Shown here piece by piece: positions 22,112 through 32,896 of a DNA stretch of 64,000 nucleotides (its first letter is position 1; the number at the start of each line of letters is the position of its first letter). The notes beneath the pieces are model-generated. The model searched no databases, was not told the origin of the DNA, and saw only the letters and a program-made list of their open reading frames with translations. A program made the translations under genes and the position numbers. The DNA is from Penicillus capitatus. Lineage: Eukaryota; Plantae; Chlorophyta. Location: contig OZ287714.1 in the NCBI GenBank assembly GCA_965649825.1, positions 1 to 64,000 of the forward strand, given 5' to 3'.

Positions 22112-25100
22112 ATGCCAAAGAAACGCCAGAAGAATGAAGAGACGGCACCGAAGTGTGATATCCAAACGGACGTGTGATATGATGCAGTATGAGGCTTAGG
22201 GTACCGACGACAGGATGGCAGCCACTCGCACTGGATCCCAACACAATGGTCAGCGACGCTTCAAGATGCCGGCGCAAGGAGCGTTGTTGTAGGGAGACTG
22301 TCACGAAGGCGGTCTTTGTGGTATCGAAGTCCTGGATGTGGAAAAGTGTGAGAATCTGGAGAGCTATGGGCACTTAGCCACCCCGGCAGATCCAACGACT
22401 CTCCCTTTCCTCAAACAGCGATCCAAGAAGAAGAAACGAAAGAAGACACACAAGTCCTGGCATCTCACTCTTTTGTGTCACACTTCTGAATAGTATTCGA
22501 CAGAAAGGAGAGGCCGATGGAGGAGGAGGAGAAAAAAGAGGGAAGGACTGGGAGTGAGGAGGCAGTATCGGATGCGTGGAGAGATTTGGAGTTGCATCCA
22601 TCACTGCTTTCTGCGATCAAGGAATGCGGCTTCGCTTTTCCTCTGCCAATTCAGAGCTACTGCATTCCTGCTGCCGTGAAACAACGACGAGATGTGTTGG
22701 GAGCCGCACAGACAGGATCAGGCAAAACTCTGGCATTCGGCATTCCCATCTTTCAAAGACTGTTACAAGAGAAATCCACACAACACCCAACACCACGTCA
22801 TCCTCCAATATCCACTCCTATCTCCACACCGCTCATTCTGTTACAGTCCAAAACGCGTAAGCAGATTCTGGTCGCGCTCTAAAGTGTGACATCTGGATTG
22901 GGTATTAGATAAAGGACTAGAAAAGGCAGAAGCTGATGGAGATGAGGAGATGATTGAGATTGAGAGTATGGATTCGCGTTCTGATGGGGATCCGACAGAC
23001 GATGCTGATCAGATGGAGATTTCGGATCGAGAAATGGCGTCTCTGCACGAGCGATTAGGAACGGTCTATTTCTCAGATCTCTTCAGGAAAGAGGATCCAG
23101 CCACCTGTTTAAAGGCACTCATTTTGACCCCTACTCGTGAACTGGCACTCCAAGCTTATCAGCATCTGAAGGCGATCGGTGCACACACGAACATACGCAT
23201 CGTCCCTGTGGTGGGCGGTATGGCGCAGCAGAAGCAAACCAGACTCCTGAGCTGTGCTCGAAACCTCATTGCTGCATAAAGAGTGAGATGTCGCTGTTTA
23301 GATCATCCGGAAGTCGTCGTTGCAACTCCCGGTCGATTTCTCGATCTCTACAAGAAAGGCATTCCGCATTTGCGGGATCTGAGTCAACTCAAGTTCTTTG
23401 TGGTCGACGAATGTGACAAGATGATCCGTCATGGAGACTTTAGAGTGATCCCCTCTCACTCAATATATGCAACGGAGAAGAGACGGCGGTGTTGTTTAGG
23501 ATCTCACGGAGTTGCTGCAATGCATTCCTGAGTATCAGCGCATCGAAGAGACGTATGATGCAAAAGAGAAGAAAGAAAAGCGCAAGGGGCAGAATTCGTT
23601 GCCCGCTTTCCGGATTCCTGCAGAAGATAGAAAGATGCAGACCATGCTGTTCTCTGCGACGCTGACTCTGCCGAGATCACTGCACCGAAAGCTGCGGCCA
23701 GCGAAGAGGATCCCTCCCGAAGAGGACATCGATGACATGGCTTTGGCGCTGGATCAGTTGAGATTTCGAGGAGAGCCTGCCGTCATCGATCTCACCAGCA
23801 AAGCAAAGATGGCAGACAAGGTCCAGGAGGCATACATCCTTTGTCCAGAAGAGACCGTCGATGCCATCCTCTACTCGATTCTTATGAAGTCCATTGCCGC
23901 CCTCTCTCTATCTATTCTCGAACGAGGGAGCGTGTGGCAGGTATCCGGGAAGGACACTGGTTTTCTGCAATGCCATCAAAGGTGTGAGAGTGCTGACGGA
24001 GACACTGCGTTTGTTGAATGTGCCTGCTCAGCCGATTCACGCAGCAAAGCAGCAGTCGCAAAGACTCAAATCATTGGAGCGATTCGCTGCCGATCCGAAT
24101 GCTGTTCTGGTGGCGACGGATGTGGCAGCCAGAGGCTTAGATATTCCTGTGATGTGACGTTTGGGTTTGCTGTCGCTGCTCACAGGTGTTGCTGCAGGAT
24201 GTGCGATGTGTGATACATTACAATGTTCCTCGAGCCGCCGATCTCTACATTCATCGCTCTGGACGTACGGCACGTGTCGAGGCCGATGGCTTGGCACTGT
24301 CCCTCGTTGTTCCATCCGTAAGTATCTTATGTTTTGCGCGTCGATGGCGATGGGGTGTTTCACAAACGAACAGGAGGTCTTACGATTTCAATCACTATTC
24401 CATGCATTGGAACGCAAAATGCCCCCTTTGTTTCCATTGGATCAGAGCCCTATACAGGAATGCGTCCACCGCATGAAATTGGCAAAAAAGATTCGTGTGA
24501 TCGATACGAAACGGAAGATGGCCAAGAAAGATGCTGTATGGACAAATCGGGCTGCGGAGACACTACAAACGGACATTATTCATTTAATGTTCACCGCCGA
24601 CAGAAGAAAAACAGATGCAACGGCACTGTGCTTTAGATCGAGCGACGAAGAAAGTGGCAAGGTGGAGGATGATGAGATGAAAGAAACAAAGGAACGCCTA
24701 TCCACTGAACTGGCCAGACGATTGGCATTGCCTCTCAACAAGAAGCTCAAGTCTAAGTTCTTGACAGGTCCATCCCTCTCCCTCTCTTCCTTCCCCACGA
24801 GGCTTTTGATCATGTCAGGCAATTTGCTGCCAGATGCGAAGGGAACGGACTCCGCAACAAAGAAACGTATGTCCTCAGCGTTCAAAGAGACGTTGCAGAA
24901 GGTGCATGTCTCAGAAGGCGAGGTTTATTATCACATGGGGTCACTTTTTTAGGCCAAGGAGATCCATGACATTCAGATGGAGAGTCCAAAGAAAACACAT
25001 CCATCCCGTTTCATGAGTGTCGAAGATCGCATCGGGCGACATCGTACAAAGCTGAAGGAGATTCTGGATAAAAAGATTGACACGAAACACAAGGTGAAGT

Positions 25101-25216
25101 CCCTGAGCTACACCAGACGAAAACTCGTCGTCGTCCCTCCCGTTTTGGGTCGCGAAGCTCAAGGACCAGATGCAATGCAAGTGATGAAAAACTATATGAA
25201 AGCAAAACGGGGGTAA
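22112..25216 (+). CDS. DDX24: DEAD-box RNA helicase DDX24/Mak5
   Basis: Q motif [59 protein letters not shown]; N-terminal GWQPLALDP...[10 protein letters not shown] matches the DDX24 N-terminus; about 10 short introns. Confidence 0.88.
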
Positions 25217-25272
25217 GATCTATGTCCTCGTCATCATGAATCCATGTCCGGTCACATTTTCATACGTCATCA

Positions 25273-25745
25273 CTACACTGTGGAAGAGGTGCATTGCTTG
25301 ACATTATTCTTGTCATCGCCTGGCTCTGGCTGATGCGTCATGTACTCGATGAGATCCGAAATGTGCTCCTCCAACATATCCAAGCGATGATCCATCGCTC
25401 TCACTGTAGACATAGAAAATAAGATCACATAACGTCATCCACGATGCTGAGGGGAGAAACACTTTTTGTGACGAGCCCTTCGTGAGCATCAGAGACCTGC
25501 GATTGCTGGCATACAACAGAGACTGAGGTCAAGCCTGGGTTACGGTGATGCTGTGACGTACGATTTGGTCAAGAAGCGCCTCGACTAAAGAGGTGATGTT
25601 ATTTGTCTGGGGAATGATGCCAAGACCGTGTTTCTTCCAAATATCCATGTCGTCCTGTTGACCATACATCGATGCGCCACATCTGCGTTCGATGCCTCAC
25701 CAGCCACTCGGTATCGTCCGTTGTCTGTGCAGATGTATCGGTCAT
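25273..25745 (-). CDS. HSBP1-like small coiled-coil protein
   Basis: Exons giving ITSLVEALLDQI ... AMDHRLDMLEEHISDLIEYM, resembling heat-shock-factor-binding protein 1; exon junctions approximate. Confidence 0.55.
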
Positions 25746-25868
25746 TTTCGCAACTGCAGAGAGACACGGGAGAAAGAATGTTTATAGAAGGGGGTACACA
25801 ACAAACCGTCTGACCAAAGCGTCGAGGCACTCGTTGGACGAGGATGTGCCTATTCGTATATGACGGTT

Positions 25869-26239
25869 ATGAAAGTGCCCGTCGGCGATTTGAAGACGTT
25901 CATTGCGAAGGCGAGACTTGTCCAGCTGTACCGTGACTGTTGGCGTGAGGTGCAGAAAGCGCCCGAAAATACCAGACGTGAGGGGATGGTGGTGGTGGTT
26001 GGATGTTTGTGGCAATGTGTGTAGGGGATCTCGCCGAGTACGTGCGTTCGCAGTTTCGCGACGCCGATCTGCCCAGGACACCCTCCGCTCTACAGTTTCA
26101 GATCGAATCGGGAAGGCAGGAGCTCAAAAACTATCGTGCTTCGCTGGAAAGGACGCAACATAATCTCAAATACTTCCACGACGTCGACCCGCCCAAGCTT
26201 CTGTTTCACAAAAAGGTTATCAAGAGGAAGCCGCGATGA
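25869..26239 (+). CDS. LYR-motif protein (LYRM2-like)
   Basis: Two exons: MKVPVGDLKTFIAKARLVQLYRDCWREVQKAPENTR|RDLAEYVRSQFR...QIESGRQELK; stop TGA at 26237-26239. Confidence 0.8.
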
Positions 26240-29200
26240 AGCTGTCACATCAGTTTCTCGAACGCAAGAACCAGCAGGGATTATCGGGTCCGTGTCCCTT
26301 TGCCATGTCCGATGTGACATCTCACGGATTCGGCTGATTGAAGGGGACAGATCGCGCAAGGGGAGTGTCGATACAGCGATCGTCGATCTCATCGAGGAAA
26401 TGAATCGGCATCCTCTGATGTACACGACGAGCAGCTGTTCTGGAAGAGTGTCGCTTTTTGAAGAGGATCTGATGGGCTGTGTGGGAAGGAAGGGAGGGGA
26501 GTGGATCTACGTGTCCCATCAGGAGCCGGAATGGAATGAACTGTACGACGCAATGCAGAGATGGCGGGAAGGGGATGGGACGAAAAGGGAAGGGAAAGAC
26601 AAAAGATGGAACTTCCGTTTTGAACCGTTCATCGTGGCATGCGAATGCGGAACGCTGGAGACGGCACGGATGCTTGTGCAGATCGGCAGGGAAGCAGGAT
26701 TCCGTGAATCGGGCATCGTGCTGGGAAAGGATAGAATCCAGGCCACTGTTCGTTCCGCGGCGAGAACAGAGATTCCGGTGTGTGAGCACGGCATCATGCT
26801 GATGGCAGAGTCCTCTTGGGATGTGCTGTTGCGCATTGTGCGTGAGAAGTTTCGAAAGAATGGAGAGAAGATCGATGCTTTCCGGCATCTCTTTCATACG
26901 ACCTTTGCTTCGCAAACGGGACCATCCCTAGAAGCCACGCCAGACGACCGACGGCCTGCATACGAGGACGGATCCCTACGATGGCAGACAATGGCACCAA
27001 GACATGCCTCCGTTTGTCCATTCACACGGAGTGCAGAGATGCATGATGGACTGTTTCGAAGGGATTGGAGCGATGGGGACACAGCGTTTGCGCGGCGAAG
27101 AGTTCGGTGCTCATCTTTGGAGGATATGGTGGGAAGAGAGGCCATCAGCGACTCGACGATATGCTTCTCTACCATCCAGCCACCAACACTCTCACGGAGC
27201 AGACAGTCACCGGTGATATTCCTTCTCCAAGAATGGGTCATGCATCTGTCGCCGTGGGTGAGACGCGCGCACGTCTTGGGGAATCGATGAAGGATGAAAT
27301 GCACGACAGGGGACGCTGTGTACATTCTGGGAGGCAGGACGCATCCAGGCAACGCTCTGAGTGACGTCTATCGAGTGGATGTCGACAACTGGACAGCTGC
27401 TCAGCTGCCGGCATCGTTTCCTGCGCGATTCCGTCACAGCGCCTGTGTGTACGGAGAGGCAAAGATCGTTGTGTTTGGCGGATGCACATCCGAAGGACCT
27501 ATGAATGACGTCTGGATGATGGATGCCAAGCAACAGGAGATCTTTACACCGATCAAGACTCAAGGCCCGAGTCCAATGCCACGCATGAGTCACGGAGCAT
27601 GTGTACAGGGAGATTGGCTCTTTGTGCACGGAGGGTTTGCAGACTATGGCCGTGTGTACAGCGATCTTTTCAAACTGAATCTGAAGACGTTTTCGTGGGA
27701 AGCCGTCTGTATGGATCCGTTTCGCCTGCCGGAGTGCTTCTCGCATTCTTTGGTGGCCCTGGATGAAAACATTCTTGCCGTCATCGGCGGCTGTGGTCAG
27801 GCCGAACCTGAGAGAATCACTCTCTTCGATCCGGGCAGTAAAAGTGTGAGGGTGTTGAGGACAGAGATCCCTACCGAGGCAGCATGGGTGCCCATACGGC
27901 AGGCGGCTCTGGTGCTTGAAGACCGACTGTTTGTCGTCGGCGGGGGTGCTTTTTGTTTCAGTTTCGGATCTGCTTTCAGCTCCTCCTTCTCGATGGAACG
28001 CTCTCACCTTGTTTTGCTCTTTAAATCTGGCACGGCGAGGAAAGTCGATATTGATGTGCCATCTGCGAGGAGTGAGAGAGTCGTGGGGATTGTTACGAAA
28101 AAGACCGAAGCCAAGAGGGTGAAGGACACACTCAAGGTCCTCAACTGGCTGGATCCTGCGTACAAGAGCACGGTCTTGGAGATGGGGAACAGAATTGCTT
28201 TTCCCGTTCTGGCGGCCCACAGCCAATCCGTGGATGCGCTCCACACCGTCGCTTCGCCCAGAGCCTGGGCAGAGGAGAAGAAGATCGATCGCGACGCCGT
28301 GTATCAGCTGTATGAATGGCTGTGCAATGGAATGGCCACGGTGCAGTGCATGGATTTCGTTCGTTCTAGTGCAGCGAGCACACTCTCCCCTGCCAAGCGG
28401 CTAAGACAGATGATGGCATCTCGATTGAAGGCACTCGATGTGAAAGACGCCGAGACGTTGATGAGAGAGCTCCCAGAAAAATGGGAGAAGTTGGGAGACA
28501 TGATGCTGTTGCCTGCAGAGAGCATGTGCTCTCCCTTCTGGACAAAAGGTTTTGGAAACGATCTGTGGAAAGACGTGGCCGAAGTGCTGGAAGGCCGTCG
28601 ACTCGCCCGGCAAGCCACCATCCGCGCATCCGGTATAAGATGCCTTCTGCTGCGACCCAGGCGAGTAGCTGTGTGGTTTTAGAGACAAGAGATGCGCGGG
28701 TGGTATTGCTCTATGGCGAAGACGGTTGGGTCACACACAAAGAGAACGGCATCTCTTTTCAGCTGGATGTCACAAAGTGTATGTTCAGTTCGGGAAACGT
28801 CTCGGAAAGAATGAGAATGAGTGAGCTGAGCTGCCACGGTGAAACAATCGTAGATCTCTATGCCGGCATTGGATACTATACACTGCCTCTCCTCAAGCAA
28901 GGCTGTGCGGAGAAGGTTCGCATCCTTGTGTCGTTTATGACGAGATCTATGCAGCTGCTGTGAAGGTGATTGCCTGCGAATGGAATCGACATGCTGTGAA
29001 GGCTCTGAAACTGAATCTACGGGCGAACGGCGTTGCGGATCGTTGCACCGTCCTCTTCGGCGACAGTCGTCGGATAGCTCCCGAATGTGTTGCTGATCGA
29101 GTGATTCTGGGATTGCTGCCATCCAGCAAAGGCGGCTGGAAGACAGCCCTGACGTGCTTGAAAGCGACAGGTGGTTGGCTACACCTTCACGAGAACGTCA

Positions 29201-30449
29201 CTGATCGAGATGAGGAGAGCTGGATGCAAGACACGCTCAACGAACTGAGAACGATGTCCGTCGAGATGCAAAGGAACTGGAGTATATCCGTGGAGCACCG
29301 TGAACACGTGAAGTGGTATGCCCCACACATCCGACACGTGGTGCTGGACATCCGCTGCCAAGTGCCAACAGCGAACACCGATCTCCCATTGTCCTCGCCG
29401 AGAGCGAACAGCATCTCCATCATCGACGCTCCGTCTGCAGATCGATTCTGGGCAGAGATCGTAGCCAAGAGACGTCCTGTCCTGATCCAACGTACGTCCC
29501 CTCTTCCACGGAGATCGTGCTTGGAAAGGGGACGGGGCTGTGTGTCAGATATGGATGTGGGGTGTGCTGTCGGTCAGTGGTCTGCTGACTATCTGATGGG
29601 GCACGCCGAGGCGAAAGAGACGCGTGTGAGTGTCCACGTTTGCCCAGATGCGAAAGGAAGGATGCGTTTCGTTCCACGTAACTTTGAGTTTCACACCATG
29701 TCCTTCTCGGAACTCATCCAGCGATGCACCTCTGCTCACCGTCTCTCTCCTCTGATCCAGCCAGGAGAGCACTATTATCTCAGAAGCATCGGTCAGAATC
29801 CGAGGAAGGTACACGCGGCGCCTCGCTTGCGCAACATCTCCCCTGCGATTCTGTCCCGCAGGAGAGGTCATCGATTCACGCAGCCTTCCCGCAACTGGCA
29901 CAGGAAGTGAAGCTTCCTTTGTGGATCGCCAAGGAGCGTGTCTTCTCCACCGTGCTGCGCGTCAGTTCGCCGCGGCTGCAGCTGTGGACCCACTTCGATG
30001 TGATGGACAATCTTCTCATCCACATCACGGGGAGAAAACGCGTCAGGATGTGGCCGCCGTCTGACGATGCCCGTCTCTATGTGACGGGATCGAGTTCGGA
30101 AGTGACAGATGTCGAGCATCCCGATCCCACACAGTATCCAAACTTCAAACCGCCGACCCTCGAGTTCGATCTCCTTCCTGGCGATGTCCTGTACATTCCT
30201 GCCCTCTGGTTCCATCACGTCACATCAGAGAGCTTCGCGGTCTCCGTCAATCTTTTCTTCCGTCACCTCGCCGATGAGACCTACGATCCCAAGGATCTCT
30301 ACGGAAACAGAGATCCATTGCCAGTGCAAGAGGCAACGGCGTTTATGGATCGCATCCTGAAGCTTCTCCATTCCCTGCCTCCCGATTTTCGACAGTTCTA
30401 TGGACAGAGACTGCAAAAGCAATTCGCAAATGGACTCGATGGTTGTTGA
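26236..30449 (+). CDS. Wybutosine-pathway fusion protein TYW3-Kelch-TYW2(Trm12)-TYW5(JmjC)
   Basis: TYW3: DRSRKGSVD...YTTSSCSGR; Kelch repeats (LIFGGYGG, YILGGR, VFGG, VHGG); TYW2: GWVTHKENGI...CMFSSGN...VDLYAGIGYYT, DRVILGLLPSS, VKWYAPHIRHVVLD; TYW5: YYLRSIG.NPRK, LWTHFDVMDN, GDVLYIPALWFHHV. All junctions splice in frame and there is no stop between TYW2 and JmjC. Confidence 0.88.
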
Positions 30450-30667
30450 GTCTGATGTGACATTTAACGAATGCTTCTTCTGGACGAATTGAACAAGAAA
30501 GGACATTGAGTCGTTTCGTTGACCCGTCACTTCCTGTACGCGCAAGTCGTCAGTTTCTCTTCATACTTTCGCGTTTCAGGTAGACACCGTGGCGTCACTC
30601 GTTACGCGTCACCCGTTTCCATGCAGGTTCTCTTTTTTGCGGCGTCTGTTGGACGAAAATGCGGCCG

Positions 30668-31670
30668 ATGCGAAGGGAGCAATGCGGTTATTGGCAGAGA
30701 CGGGGCACTTGTAAATTTGGAGACCAGTCCGTCACGACTGCGTCCCCTAACCGACGCTTCACCCGGTCGTCCTCTTCTAGGTGCAGGTACCTACACGATG
30801 GCCAGCATTCCGAGAGGGGCACGCGCCTCGATCGCTATACAGACCACGGCGTGTCGTTGCGCCAAGGTGGCTGACACACTCTCTGTAAAGTGTGAGAAAG
30901 ATGCCTGACAGCAATTCATGTGTATAGGCAGTCGAGTGTGTAACATCTATGCCAGGACTGGATCCTGTCCGTACGGTAGCCAATGCAAATATGATCATCA
31001 CATGACGCGTCTCCTAGACGGCGGCAACAAGACGCCCATGAACGGCATGGGCCGTCCTCATACTCAGTTTCCCCAAAAGCATCGACGCATGCGCAGTCAT
31101 GAGATGCGCCGATTCAACACCAAGTCACTTTATCAAGATCCCGGACAGATGGGCAGTTCAAAGGGATGGAGAAGTACCGGGAGTGAGACATCCCCACAAC
31201 CACCGTGTACAGATACCTCACCGCGCAGCACGAATGATGCAAATGGGACTTTTAGACAGAGCTGCAGTCCGCAAAGCACGCAACCGACTTCGCATACATC
31301 GCCCTTGCCTCATGTGGAAGCATCTGTGACGTGCTTTGGCGACAACGGGGGATACGCATCACAAGAGGGGGTGCATGGAAGTCAGCATTTAGCAGATTTG
31401 TTTCATCGGACACTGGAGCAGAGCGGAACGGGTTTTGCAGCGGCGGCGGCGGCGGCGCATCTGTACCGTCCTGAGTACTTTTCCTCGTGGCCATGCGTTC
31501 CAAGTCAATGGTACGCTGCGGGCGTACCCAATGAAGTCATGCAGATGAGGCTTGATAAAGAAAGAGACATCAAGATACTGAAAACACCAACAGTACCTTC
31601 ACATTTACTCAAGCCCTTCAGAGAACAGGAAGGAGCTTTTCTGCACGTTCGACCAACAACCATGCCATGA
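30668..31670 (+). CDS. Tandem CCCH zinc-finger protein
   Basis: CGYWQRRGTCKFGDQ|CRYLH and CNIYARTGSCPYGSQCKYDH, followed by a low-complexity tail. Confidence 0.72.
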
Positions 31671-32896
31671 TCGTACGACAGATTTGATATGGTCTGTTGG
31701 TTTGTTCGCTGCAGTACTGAGATAGATAGACGGATAGTGAAAGCGTGGTCTTTGCTGACGTGTCTTCTCTTGGCGATTGTAGAGATCATCGGTACGCTAT
31801 TCGATCGAGGGCTGGGTTCTGACATTGCTAGCTGGACGATTTAAGAGCGCGTGACATCATCACGAGGAGGAGGGGGGGCTGTTTCACACATTCTCTCACT
31901 CAAGTTTACGTTAAACTAACTCATCAAAGACAGCACTGTCATTCAATTGGGCGTGTGCTCTACAGCTCTTATTCATTTTTGCGATGAATGCCGTTAGAAT
32001 GAATGTTCAGAAAGGCCCTTGGAAAATGGCGAAACTGACTCCAATGACAATGCCGTTTTTAGCTTTCACATAGAGCCAGTATACCGTTTTCGTGAAATTC
32101 AATTTTTTCGATTTGCAGTCAGTCTTGGTGGCCATGTACTATTTCTGATGCCGTTTCCACTTGTATCCAACAGAGAGACAGATGGACAGACAGCGGACGC
32201 AATAAAGCATATCTTCCCTCAGCTCATGTGCCTTTACACGATCTCTCTGTCCTTGTAAAGCATATGATGAATACACATCATTCTTGACATCAGTCAGAGC
32301 CACGGCTTCTGCCAATGAAGGTGGAAGGACGCACAACGGTGCCACACTTTAACGTTTCGCAAAGATGGCATAGGGTCTCGGAGTCTTATTTCACTGAGTT
32401 TATCAGAATAAAGATGTCTTCCTGATATACGAAGGGGGCAAACCATCATTCACCAAACCTCTCGCTCGCATGGATGTTGAAACTGAACTTAAAAACTCAA
32501 GTCATCGAAATGGCGCATTCATCCGAAATGCCAATCAGATGGTGTGATGGAAGGCATGATGCTGCGCGTCCGGATCGGTGATGTGACGGACAGACAGATG
32601 TTGATGAGACGTGACGCGGCAAAGAAACTGTAAGAAAGGGACAGGGGTACCCACTGCATCGCTTGCACCGCCGTCAACCGCAAACAGGGTATGTGCTCGT
32701 TCGATGCGTGTTGAATTCTGCGTGCTCTCGTCGAGAAAGCGGATGTCCTTTCGAGTTCTATGTATCGTCTGCGAAACACCTGATGCGTCACGTTGTCTCT
32801 CTGCTTAGACCTCTCGAATGGTCTAGATCTTGTTCCTCTGGCAAAATGCTCGATGCCGGGACAAAAGAGTCAATGGAGAAATGAGTGAGTGAGATG

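Noticed and set aside
22269-22292. Apparent GC-AG intron donor in DDX24 exon 2
   Set aside because: A standard GT donor upstream (ATG|GTCAGC, 44-nt intron) restores the frame.
27207-28244. 345-aa minus-strand ORF
   Set aside because: Antisense shadow of the Kelch region of the TYW fusion.
31900-32890. AT-richer segment with short ORFs just upstream of the pol-less element, possibly a TE remnant
   Set aside because: No terminal repeats, TSD or transposase motif found by eye.
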